The notes under the pieces: model-generated
Databases searched by the model: none
What the model was told of the DNA's origin: nothing
What the model saw: only the letters and a program-made list of their open reading frames with translations
Shown: one piece after another, positions 1 through 12,300 of the stretch
How the letters are laid out: each line of letters begins with the position of its first letter
Numbering within the stretch: the first letter of the stretch is position 1
Assembly: GCA_950097015.1 (NCBI GenBank)
Contig: CATNEN010000038.1
Span: forward strand, 27,218,001 to 27,282,000
Source of the DNA: Macrostomum hystrix
Taxonomy: Eukaryota > Animalia > Platyhelminthes
Direction of reading: 5' to 3'
Length of the DNA: 64,000 nt
Translations under genes and position numbers: made by a program

Positions 1-328
1 AACGGCAGGTTTCACAATCACGCGGTTCAAAGCGAACCTTTAAGAGCCTTTTAAGTTAAAAGTGAACTTTTTTGCTGAAGTGTTGATTCATGCAAATCAT
101 GAAAACTGTTATTCATAAAAACTATTTTCTTGACTATGTTATATAGAAAGGCGAGATTTTATTCGATTTGTTACGCAAAAAGTATCTAAATTGTTTGAGT
201 TGAAATGAATAGTTGATTTTTAATAAAAAGCTAATTTAAAACAAACAAATATAAAGTTCGCATGCCAAGATTATTTCCTTGATGCAAAGACAATTAGCAG
301 CGCAGATTAGCAGACTCCTAATACTCAC

Positions 329-370
329 TTTGCACCAATGGGTCCTACTGAATACACTGCGGCTGTGGAC
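329..370 (-). CDS. 42-nt cytoplasmic micro-exon (STAAVYSVGPIGA)
   Basis: atgaccag| ... |GTGAGT, phase 2-2, open in frame. Confidence 0.6.
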
Positions 371-3300
371 CTGGTCATTTATTTAGTGAAAGCACAGCAA
401 ACTTTAAACACAAACCAGTTGGCATTGTTGTTAATCTACATGTATTTCTTTAATGAAAAAATCATTTAATGAAAAAATGAAAGGGTGCGAAAGGGACAGA
501 CAAGGTCAGAGAGGGTGCGAAAGGGACAGACAAGGTCAGAGAGGGTGCGAAAGGGACAGACAAGGTCAGAGAGGGTGCGAAAGGGACAGACAAGGTCAGA
601 GAGGGTGCGAAAGGGACAGACAAGGTCAGAGAGGGTGCGAAAGGGACAGACAAGGTCAGAGAGGGTGCGAAAGGGACAGACAAGGTCAGAGAGAGTGCGA
701 AAGGGACAGACAAGGTCAGAGAGGGTGCGAAAGGGACAGACAAGGTCAGAGAGGGTGCGAAGGAGACAGACAAGGTGAGAGAGGGTGCGAAAGGGACAGA
801 CAAGGTCAGAGAGGGTGCGAAAGGGACAGACAAGGTGAGAGAGGGTGCGAAAGGGACAGACAAGGTCAGAGAGGGTGCGAAAGGGACAGACAAGGTCAGA
901 GAGGGTGCGAAGGAGACAGACAAGGTCAGAGAGGGTGCGAAAGGGACAGACAAGGTCAGAGAGGGTGCGAAAGGGACAGACAAGGTCAGAGAGGGTGCGA
1001 AAGGGACAGACAAGGTCAGAGAGGGTGCGAAAGGGACAGACAAGGTCAGAGAGGGTGCGAAAGGGACAGACAAGGTCAGAGAGAGTGCGAAAGGGACAGA
1101 CAAGGTCAGAGAGGGTGCGAAAGGGACAGACAAGGTCAGAGAGGGTGCGAAGGAGACAGACAAGGTGAGAGAGGGTGCGAAAGGGACAGACAAGGTCAGA
1201 GAGGGTGCGAAAGGGACAGACAAGGTGAGAGAGGGTGCGAAAGGGACAGACAAGGTCAGAGAGGGTGCGAAAGGGACAGACAAGGTCAGAGAGAGTGCGA
1301 AAGGGACAGACAAGGTCAGAGAGGGTGCGAAAGGGACAGACAAGGTCAGAGAGGGTGCGAAGGAGACAGACAAGGTGAGAGAGGGTGCGAAAGGGACAGA
1401 CAAGGTCAGAGAGGGTGCGAAAGGGACAGACAAGGTCAGAGAGGGTGCGAAAGGGACAGACAAGGTGAGAGAGGGTGCGAAAGGGACAGACAAGGTCAGA
1501 GAGGGTGCGAAGGAGACAGACAAGGTCAGAGAGGGTGCGAAAGGGACAGACAAGGTCAGAGAGGGTGCGAAAGGGACAGACAAGGTCAGAGAGGGTGCGA
1601 AGGAGACAGACAAGGTCAGAGAGGGTGCGAAGGAGACAGACAAGGTGAGAGAGGGTGCGAAAGGGACAGACAAGGTCAGAGAGGGTGCGAAGGAGACAGA
1701 CAAGGTCAGAGAGGGTGCGAAGGAGACAGACAAGGTGAGAGAGGGTGCGAAAGGGACAGACAAGGTCAGAGAGGGTGCGAAGGAGACAGACAAGGTGAGA
1801 GAGGGTGCGAAAGGGACAGACAAGGTCAGAGAGGGTGCGAAAGGGACAGACAAGGTCAGAGAGGGTGCGAAAGGGACAGACAAGGTCAGAGAGGGTGCGA
1901 AGGAGACAGACAAGGTCAGAGAGGGTGCGAAAGGGACAGACAAGGTCAGAGAGGGTGCGAAAGGGACAGACAAGGTCAGAGAGGGTGCGAAGGAGACAGA
2001 CAAGGTCAGAGAGGGTGCGAAGGAGACAGACAAGGTGAGAGAGGGTGCGAAAGGGACAGACAAGGTCAGAGAGGGTGCGAAGGAGACAGACAAGGTCAGA
2101 GAGGGTGCGAAGGAGACAGACAAGGTGAGAGAGGGTGCGAAAGGGACAGACAAGGTCAGAGAGGGTGCGAAGGAGACAGACAAGGTGAGAGAGGGTGCGA
2201 AAGGGACAGACAAGGTCAGAGAGGGTGCGAAAGGGACAGACAAGGTCAGAGAGGGTGCGAAGGAGACAGACAAGGTCAGAGAGGGTGCGAAAGGGACAGA
2301 CAAGGTCAGAGAGGGTGCGAAGGAGACAGACAAGGTGAGAGAGGGTGCGAAAGGGACAGACAAGGTCAGAGAGGGTGCGAAGGAGACAGACAAGGTCAGA
2401 GAGGGTGCGAAAGGGACAGACAAGGTCAGAGAGGGTGCGAAGGAGACAGACAAGGTCAGAGAGGGTGCGAAAGGGACAGACAAGGTCAGAGAGAGTGCGA
2501 AAGGGACAGACAAGGTCAGAGAGAGTGCGAAAGGGACAGACAAGGTCAGAGAGGGTGCGAAAGGGACAGACAAGGTCAGAGAGGGTGCGAAGGAGACAGA
2601 CAAGGTCAGAGAGGGTGCGAAGGAGACAGACAAGGTCAGAGAGGGTGCGAAGGAGACAGACAAGGTCAGAGAGGGTGCGAAGGAGACAGACAAGGTCAGA
2701 GAGGGTGCGAAGGAGACAGACAAGGTCAGAGAGGGTGCGAAGGAGACAGACAAGGTGAGAGAGGGTGCGAAAGGGACAGACAAGGTCAGAGAGGGTGCGA
2801 AGGAGACAGACAAGGTCAGAGAGGGTGCGAAGGAGACAGACAAGGTCAGAGAGGGTGCGAAGGAGACAGACAAGGTCAGAGAGGGTGCGAAGGAGACAGA
2901 CAAGGTCATAGAGGGTGCGAAGGAGACAGACAAGGTCAGAGAGGGTGCGAAGGAGACAGACAAGGTGAGAGAGGGTGCGAAAGGGACAGACAAGGTCAGA
3001 GAGGGTGCGAAGGAGACAGACAAGGTCAGAGAGGGTGCGAAGGAGACAGACAAGGTCAGAGAGGGTGCGAAGGAGACAGACAAGGTCAGAGAGGGTGCGA
3101 AGGAGACAGACAAGGTCAGAGAGGGTGCGAAGGAGACAGACAAGGTGAGAGAGGATGTAAAAGGGACAGAGAATGCCAGAGGGGATGTGAAGTTCGGTCT
3201 TGTAGATCGACTCGTTAGAAAGCAACGGTGAAGTTAAAAAACTTAATTAAACTATTCCTTCGACTTGTTTTACAACAATCAAATATCAACAAAGAGATGT

Positions 3301-6300
3301 TAGACTTTCAAAGCAGTTGAATTAGTCAAACCAAACTAGAAAATATTCTGTGTGTAACACTGACCCGAAGCCATTTTCATACCACCACGGTCTAAAAAAT
3401 AGGATAGTAGCATTTTTCATTTCGTAATTTGCAACTTTCTGACAAGTAGTTAACTTTAAGACTGATAATAGAAACAAATATTTGCTAGAATGGGATTGGA
3501 GATTTACTTAGAATGGGATTAGAGATTATTTAGAATGGGATTAGAGATTATTTAGAATGGGATTAGAGATTATTTAGAATGGGATTAGAGATTATTTAGA
3601 ATGGGATTAGAGATTATTTAGAATGGGATTAGAGATTATTTAGAATGGGATTAGAGATTATTTAGAATGGGATTAGAGATTATTTAGAATGGGATTAGAG
3701 ATTATTTAGAATGGGATTAGAGATTATTTAGAATGGGATTAGAGATTATTTAGAATGGGATTAGAGATTATTTAGAATGGGATTAGAGATTATTTAGAAT
3801 GGGATTAGAGATTATTTAGAATGGGATTACAGATTATTTAGAATGGGATTTGAGATTATTTAGAATGGGATTTGAGATTATTTAGAATGGGATTTGAAAT
3901 GATTTAGAATGGGATTAGAGATTATTTAGAATGGGATTAGAGATTATTTAGAATGGGATTTGAGATTATTTAGAATGGGATTAGAGATTATTTAGAATGG
4001 GATTTGAGATTATTTAGAATGGGATTAGAGATTATTTAGAATGGGATTTGAGATGATTTAGAATGGGATTAGAGATTATTTAGAATGGGATTAGGGATTA
4101 TTTAGAATGGGATTAGAGATTATTTAGAATGGGATTAGAGATTATTTAGAATGGGATTAGAGATTATTTAGAATGGGATTAGAGATTATTTAGAATGGGA
4201 TTAGAGATTATTTAGAATGGGATTAGAGATTATTTAGAATGGGATTACAGATTATTTAGAATGGGATTTGAGATTATTTAGAATGGGATTTGAGATTATT
4301 TAGAATGGGATTTGAAATGATTTAGAATGGGATTAGAGATTATTTAGAATGGGATTAGAGATTATTTAGAATGGGATTTGAGATTATTTAGAATGGGATT
4401 AGAGATTATTTAGAATGGGATTTGAGATTATTTAGAATGGGATTAGAGATTATTTAGAATGGGATTTGAGATGATTTAGAATGGGATTAGAGATTATTTA
4501 GAATGGGATTAGAGATTATTTAGAATGGGATTACAGATTATTTAGAATGGGATTAGAGATTATATAGAATGGGATTAGAGATTATTTAGAATGGGATTAG
4601 AGATTATATAGAATGGGATTTGAGATTATTTAGAATGGGATTAGAGATTATATAGAATGGGATTAGAGATTTACTTAGAATGGGATTAGAGATTATTTAG
4701 AATGGGATTTGAGATTATTTAGAATGGGATTTGAGATTTACTTAGAATGGGATTAGAGATTATTTAGAATGGGATTAGAGATTATTTAGAATGGGAATTG
4801 AGATGATTTAGAATGGGATTAGAGATTATTTAGAATGGGATTAGAGATTATTTAGAATGGGATTTGAGATGATTTAGAATGGGATTAGAGATTATTTAGA
4901 ATGGGATTAGAGATTATTTAGAATGGGATTAGAGATTATTTAGAATGGGATTAGAGATTCTTTAGAATGGGATTTGAGATGATTTAGAATGGGATTAGAG
5001 ATTATTTAGAATGGGATTAGAGATTATTTAGAATGGGATTAGAGATTCTTTAGAATGGGATTTGAGATGATTTAGAATGGGATTTGAGATTATTTAGAAT
5101 GGGATTAGAGATGATTTAGAATGGGATTAGAGATTCGTTAGAATGGGATTAGAGATTATATAGAATGGGATTAGAGATTATTTAGAATGGGATTAGAGAT
5201 GATTTAGAATGGGATTAGAGATTATTTAGAATGGGATTAGAGATTATATAGAATGGGATTTGAGATTATTTAGAATGGGATTAGAGATTATATAGAATGG
5301 GATTAGAGATTTACTTAGAATGGGATTAGAGATTATTTAGAATGGGATTTGAGATTATTTAGAATGGGATTTGAGATTTACTTAGAATGGGATTAGAGAT
5401 TATTTAGAATGGGATTAGAGATTATTTAGAATGGGAATTGAGATGATTTAGAATGGGATTAGAGATTATTTAGAATGGGATTAGAGATTATTTAGAATGG
5501 GATTTGAGATGATTTAGAATGGGATTAGAGATTATTTAGAATGGGATTAGAGATTATTTAGAATGGGATTAGAGATTATTTAGAATGGGATTAGAGATTC
5601 TTTAGAATGGGATTTGAGATGATTTAGAATGGGATTAGAGATTATTTAGAATGGGATTAGAGATTATTTAGAATGGGATTAGAGATTCTTTAGAATGGGA
5701 TTTGAGATGATTTAGAATGGGATTTGAGATTATTTAGAATGGGATTAGAGATGATTTAGAATGGGATTAGAGATTCGTTAGAATGGGATTAGAGATTATA
5801 TAGAATGGGATTAGAGATTATTTAGAATGGGATTAGAGATGATTTAGAATGGGATTAGAGATGATTTAGAATGGGATTAGAGATGATTTAGAATGGGATT
5901 AGAGATTATTTAGAATGGGATTAGAGATGATTTAGAATGGGATTAGAGATTATTTAGAATGGGATTAGAGATGATTTAGAATGGGATTAGAGATGATTTA
6001 GAATGGGATTAGAGATTATTTAGAATGGGATTAGAGATGATTTAGAATGGGATTAGAGATTATTTAGAATGGGATTAGAGATTATATAGAATGGGATTAG
6101 AGATTATTTAGAATGGGATTTGAGATTATTTAGAATGGGATTGGAGATTTACTTAGAATGGGATTAGAGATTATTTAGAATGGGATTTGAGATTATTTAG
6201 AATGGGATTGGAGATTTACTTAGAATGGGATTAGAGATTATTTAGAATGGGATTAGAGATTATTTAGAATGGGAATTGAGATGATTTAGAATGGGATTAG

Positions 6301-9300
6301 AGATTATTTAGAATGGGATTAGAGATTCGTTAGAATGGGATTTGAGATTCTTTAGAATGGGATTTGAGATTATTTAGAATGGGATTAGAGATTATTTAGA
6401 ATGGGATTAGAGATTATTTAGAATGGGATTAGAGATTATTTAGAATGGGATTAGAGATTATTTAGAATGGGATTAGAGATTCGTTAGAATGGGATTAGAT
6501 ATTATTTAGAATGGGATTAGAGATTCGTTAGAATGGGATTTGAGATTCTTTAGAATGGGATTTGAGATGATTTAGAATGGGATTAGAGATTATTTAGAAT
6601 GGGATTAGAGATTATTTAGAATGGGATTAGAGATTCGTTAGAATGGGATTAGATATTATTTAGAATGGGATTAGAGATTCGTTAGAATGGGATTTGAGAT
6701 TCTTTAGAATGGGATTTGAGATGATTTAGAATGGGATTAGAGATTATTTAGAATGGGATTAGAGATTATTTAGAATGGGATTAGAGATTCTTTAGAATGG
6801 GATTTGAGATGATTTAGAATGGGATTTGAGATGATTTAGAATATGATTTGAGATTATTTAGAATGGGATTAGAGATTATTTAGAATGGGATTAGAGATTC
6901 TTTAGAATGGGATTTGAGATGATTTAGAATGGGATTTGAGATTATTAGAATGGGATTAGAGATGATTTAGAATGGGATTTGAGATGATTTAGAATGGGAT
7001 TAGAGATTATTTAGAATGGGATTAGAGATTATTTAGAATGGGATTAGAGATTCTTTAGAATGGGATTTGAGATGATTTAGAATGGGATTTGAGATTATTT
7101 AGAATGGGATTAGAGATTTACTTAGAATGGGATTAGAGATTATTTAGAATAGGATTAGATATTAGTTAGAATGGGATTAGAGATTATTTAGAATGGGATT
7201 AGAGATTATTTAGAATGGGATTTGAGATTATTTAGAATGGGATTAGAGATGATTTAGAATGGGATTAGAGATGATTTAGAATGGGATTAGAGATGATTTA
7301 GAATGGGATTAGAGATTATTTAGAATGGGATAGAAGTTTATATAGAATAGAATTATATATTCAGGAGAACAGATTAGCTGATTTTTGATGACTTAAATCG
7401 CGGCCAATAAAGAATAAAAAAGAAAGCACACAACATTTTTTGTTGAAAAACTGTCTGAAAAACTGAAAAACAAAAAATTGTCCTGTCTGAAAAACAGGAC
7501 AATGGACTTTCGACTTTCAAAAAGCAGAAAATTTAGTCTCACCTATTGGTATCTGAAAAGTCACCATTTCTATCGCGATGTGGTCTGAAATTCAAACAAA
7601 AAAATGAACAGTAATGACTAAATATTGCAAAGATTCATGCAAACATGTAGGTTAAAAAATAATGTTGAATTTACAGAGAATACCATGCAAAGTTTTCGAT
7701 CTGAAATTCAACAACTTTTCAAGACAAACACAATCTCACTCCTCATTTGTACTTTGAACAACTACCGATTCCAATCCATGCTGGTCTTTGTACAGCTACC
7801 CACCTGACTCCTCTCTGCTGGTCTTTGTAAACAGCTACCCCAATTCCCTTCTCGCTGGTCTTTGTAAACGATTCACGTCACTCTTCTCTTGTCTTTGTAC
7901 ACTGTCAACCACCTCACTCCTCGCTTGTCTTTGTACACTGTCAACCACCTCACTCCTCGCTTGTCTTTGTACACTGTCAACCACCTCACTCCTCGCTTGT
8001 CCTTGTACACTGTCAACCACCTCACTCCTCGCTTGTCTTTGTACACTGTCAACCACCTCACTCCTCGCTTGTCTTTGTACACTGTCAACCACCTCACCCT
8101 TTTCTGTTCTTTGTACACAGCTACTCTTCCAAGATTTTAAAAGACAGAGAGGGTGCGAAAGGGACAGAGAAGGTCAAATAGGGTGGGAAAGGGACAGACA
8201 AGGTCAGAGAGGGTGCGAATTACAGCGGAATAAAAGCGCTTACCTCTTCATGCACCGTCCAAGCTCGTCGCGCCGTTTTATAGCCAGGATAACAAGGATG
8301 ACAATGAGCAGGGCAAACAGAACGGCTCCAATGACGCCGCCAATAATTTGGCGCAGAGTATAATTGAAGCCAGTGGTGAATCGGATGTCTCCGTCGGACA
8401 TGGTGCAGCCGTTGGTGGTGCAAGCTACTAGATACACTCGATACGGCTGTTCATAAGCCAGCGGCCCGTTGCAATGGCCGATGCAGGCGTCCGAAGCGTC
8501 GCCAATGACGAAAGTCGACATAGGATCGCTGGATGCTGCGGAGAAGCGCATCGACAATGAAGAGAACAAGGAGGAGGTCGGCGAGGCTGCTGCAGTGCGC
8601 TGGCTGCAGCTAACATTGAAGGTATAGGGATGCTTGTAGCCGCGGTCGCTGCCGTCGTAATTTCGATTGCCGCCGAGCGTCCAATCGGCGTCGCTAAAAA
8701 TGTCGCGACCAACTAGAAGGCTACAGTAGCGAATCACACCGAAGCTGTCGTTGAATGCTCGCGAGAAGCCGTCCAAACTGATCGTGGCTTTATCGTGGCC
8801 TACCAGCTGCACGTTCGCCGTGTCCTGAAAGAGAACAAAAATAGGTGTGTCCCGGGAGTGAGGTGGGTGCCACTGGAGCGAGGAGGGTGTCACAGGGATG
8901 AGGTAGATGTCACTGGATTGAGGTGGCTGTCACTGGAGTGAGGTGGCTGTCACTGGAGTGAGGAGTATATCAGCCGAATGGTCACTGAATGTGCAAAAAA
9001 GTAACAAGCTAGCAGTTGGTAAATGCTTACCTGCAAATCAACACCGAGAACGCGGAACGCTTTGCCAGGCTTAATAACTACAATGTTGCTCTGAACCTCA
9101 AGGCCAGGGTTTGGACTTTCAGGCGTGTTGACAAGCAGAGCAGCGAAGGTGAGGCTGATATCCGGCTTGATATAGGCTACACTGCTAATGTCTAGCTCCA
9201 GTTTGGAAGCATTGAATGGCAGTGATTCGCTGACGCTCACACCCGGAGGCGCGCTTGTCAAACGAAGTACATAACGAATCGGTACTCCGTTACGCCGAAG

Positions 9301-12300
9301 TGGCTCTACCCAGGAGCAGCGGACCCGATTGTAAAAATCAGGCAAAGTCACGCAGCTCAAATTCTGCGGCGGGTCGGCCTTATCAGGCGAAGTGCGAGAC
9401 ACGACTTCGCTGGCGACAATGGCGCTAGTAGAGATACCGTTAAAACTGACCGTAGCTTGAACGGAAAAACTGTACCAGGTGAATGGCTGCAGGTACTGTG
9501 CCAAGTAACTGGGTGAGACTACATTATAAAAGCCGGAATAATTCTGGTTTACAGTGTAAGTCACTAGGCATATGCCGTGAGTAACAGGTAACCAGGTTAG
9601 ACTAATCGATGAAGAATTCAGAACGGTTGTGTTAACGTTTGGAGAAACAATGCTGCTTGTAAGGTTGCCAATTTTTGTGGCTCCATTGGCCCTCGACGTG
9701 CTGCTATTGCTGTAGTTATTCTCGGTAAACAAAGTGAACTCGTAGTTTGAGACGCACTGTGTCAGGTTTGAGACGCGATATTCCTGATGAGGAGTGTGAT
9801 AACAGAGCTCTGCGTTACAAAGCAATTCGGTATATCAAAAGAACAAAAAACAAAATACTCGTTTACCAAAAAACTATATGTAAAATATGCAAAAAGTTCA
9901 ATACGTAAAGTATTTTTACAAGGAAACCTAGGCTATAATTGCTAATTTATTTTCAATAATGAGCCACGATGACTCACATGCTATTTTTAGAAATAATGCC
10001 ATGTGACGTAAAACTGGAGAACCAAATTTCGAGAGCTAATTTTGTAATGCTGACCACGAGAACCGACAAAACGCAGCTAAACAAACAAGTTAGACCGCAC
10101 TGTGCAAACATGAGTGGCCTAAGTAAACATCCGGTGCTAAACAGTTTTTCCAGAAAAAATTACAATAAAAACTAGTTAAAATCTGAACTGAAGTCCACCG
10201 GACTTCAAAGAAGTTTTATGAAGAAGAAGAGAACTCATCTGTCAGGTAAGCGCTATACTAGGCCGAGTTATTTTTTGCTAGCAATTGTTGGTGAATGGAA
10301 CTACGTTCACGAGAGCCACATATCGTCGATACATTTGACAAAGGCCTCCTTATCTCCTAGGATACAATTTTAGAGGATGATTGATTGATTTGAGTTATCC
10401 GTTATCTTTCGGAGGTAACGAAGAAGACGCCCTTTCAATAGTTCACTAGGGCACACGTTTCTATTGTGAATTCCGAGCTCGAGGAAACCGACAAGTAATC
10501 TGATTCGCTCTCGTTCCTTATTGGCCAACAGATAATTCAAGCGCAACAGACAGGATCGCTGCTAATCGTTTGAATTTACGCAAAAAACGCGAATTATACT
10601 CACATTGGTAGAATAGCTGCTAATCGTTATCCACTGATCAGTGGTGGGACTGAAAAAAGCGTGCAGCCAATAGCGCTTAAACTCTCCATTTAGAGTAGCG
10701 GGAGGAACCCAACGCAGGATGGCATATGTATCTTCAATTTGATGGACAACTAGAGATCCGGGAGCGTCCGGGGTGTCCGGCAAAGTGCGCTCCGTCAGGC
10801 TGATGCTGTTACCGGCAAGAGTTTGACTGACTGGCGTCACTGACACACTGTAGTTGGCCCAAGGAACTAGGCCGGTTAGATTTAAAACAATGTCCAAAGC
10901 CGCGTTGAACTCAAGCGAATTACGACCAAGGCAGTCAGCCAGCAACTGGTCAACAGTGGCGCTCACATTGCAGGCATCTGGTAGGTCTAGTTCGCAACTT
11001 AGGTTAAGATTCAAATAGTAGCCACTGAGGCAAGAGCCGCTACTGTTTGCTAGGCGAACGGCGTAGGCCATGATGCGACCGTTGGGCGCAGTGGGTCGAC
11101 TAAAGTTCAGTCGCATCTGACGCTTATCAGGCTGCAAGCCAACTAAACTGACTGGCCCGCTTGGTAGCTCGAGAGTTCGCGAGGTGGCATTCGACTTTAC
11201 TAGGCCCGGTCCGGCCCTATTTAGTGGCCACACACTGACACGGTAACGAGTGTTGGGCTGTAGGACATCCCCAGTGTCTCGTGACAACTCTGTATTGCTT
11301 TTGCTGTAGCTCACATTTGCAACGTCTGAGCAGCCGGTGAGAATGGCCGCTGTACGATCAGGTGAGTGCACACGGCTGCAGTCGATGCAGATGAAACGCG
11401 CCGCGTACGTGCAGTTGCCGACATTGCCAACGCTATCGAGCGAATCCAAGCGCAAAGCGTACTCAAATATATAGCCTTTGCTAAACTCAACTGTATTCCA
11501 GTTGAGAACAACACCTCTGCCTCTGCGCGCAGCAAATCTAGGAGTCAAGCTTTGCTCAGGTGGTAGATCGTCTAACAGCTTGGGCGGACTGGTCTCTACG
11601 CTTCTTAAACCTTCGCCTATAGTAGTCCACGCGCTGACGTCACAGCTGTACAGCACACCCGCGGACAGATTTGTTACGTTCTGATTGGTCGATGTGGCGT
11701 TGACAGTTGAGTTCAAGCCCATACTAGAGTAGCAGCGCACAGTGTAGGCAATGATCTGTCCGTTCGGTTGTTCGGGTGGCGACCACGAAATCTGCAGCCA
11801 TTCGGCGCCGTTGCTAATTATGCTGGCCCCAGTCGGTTGACTCGGTTTGTCCTGGAGTGTTGACTGCCACACAGCCGGTGCAGTTATTGAAACGCGATCG
11901 AAATACCTGGCCAGGTACTGCAGCGAATAGTTAGTGTAAGGAGTCAACCCGGCGAAGTTGAACGAGCAGGACTGCGCCCAGAATGAGCAATTCTGCTCGG
12001 ATAGAAAGACTCCGGATGAGTTGAACAGTCTCGCAGTTAGAAGCTGAGACAGGGACGTTGCAATGAGCAGTACTGTGAGCTGCCTACTTTGAATATCCGC
12101 CCAAGACTGAGTAGGGACACTGGGATCTAAAGTAAGGAATTGAAATAAATGGCGATATTTTAACAGATTATTATTCAGAGAAGAAAACTTAGTTTCAGGA
12201 AAAATGAATTTGCAGCTCATACTCACCAGTGTACTGTATGGCTGAGTAGGAGTCTGAGCTGTTCTGAACTAGACTAGCCTTTTCAGCCACTGCCACAGCA

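Noticed and set aside
1-37. Possible next receptor exon (K-FALNRVIVKPAV)
   Set aside because: In frame, but the AAG acceptor is weak and the window edge cuts it off, so it cannot be supported
453-3231. ORFs of 800-920 aa on both strands (GCERDRQGQR, SLTLSVPFAP and similar)
   Set aside because: These are translations of a stop-free 30-bp satellite that is open in most frames and lies inside an intron of the receptor gene
3487-7330. Telomeric repeat or CRISPR array
   Set aside because: The unit is 22 bp without a TTAGGG tandem, there are no unique spacers, and the context is a eukaryotic intron
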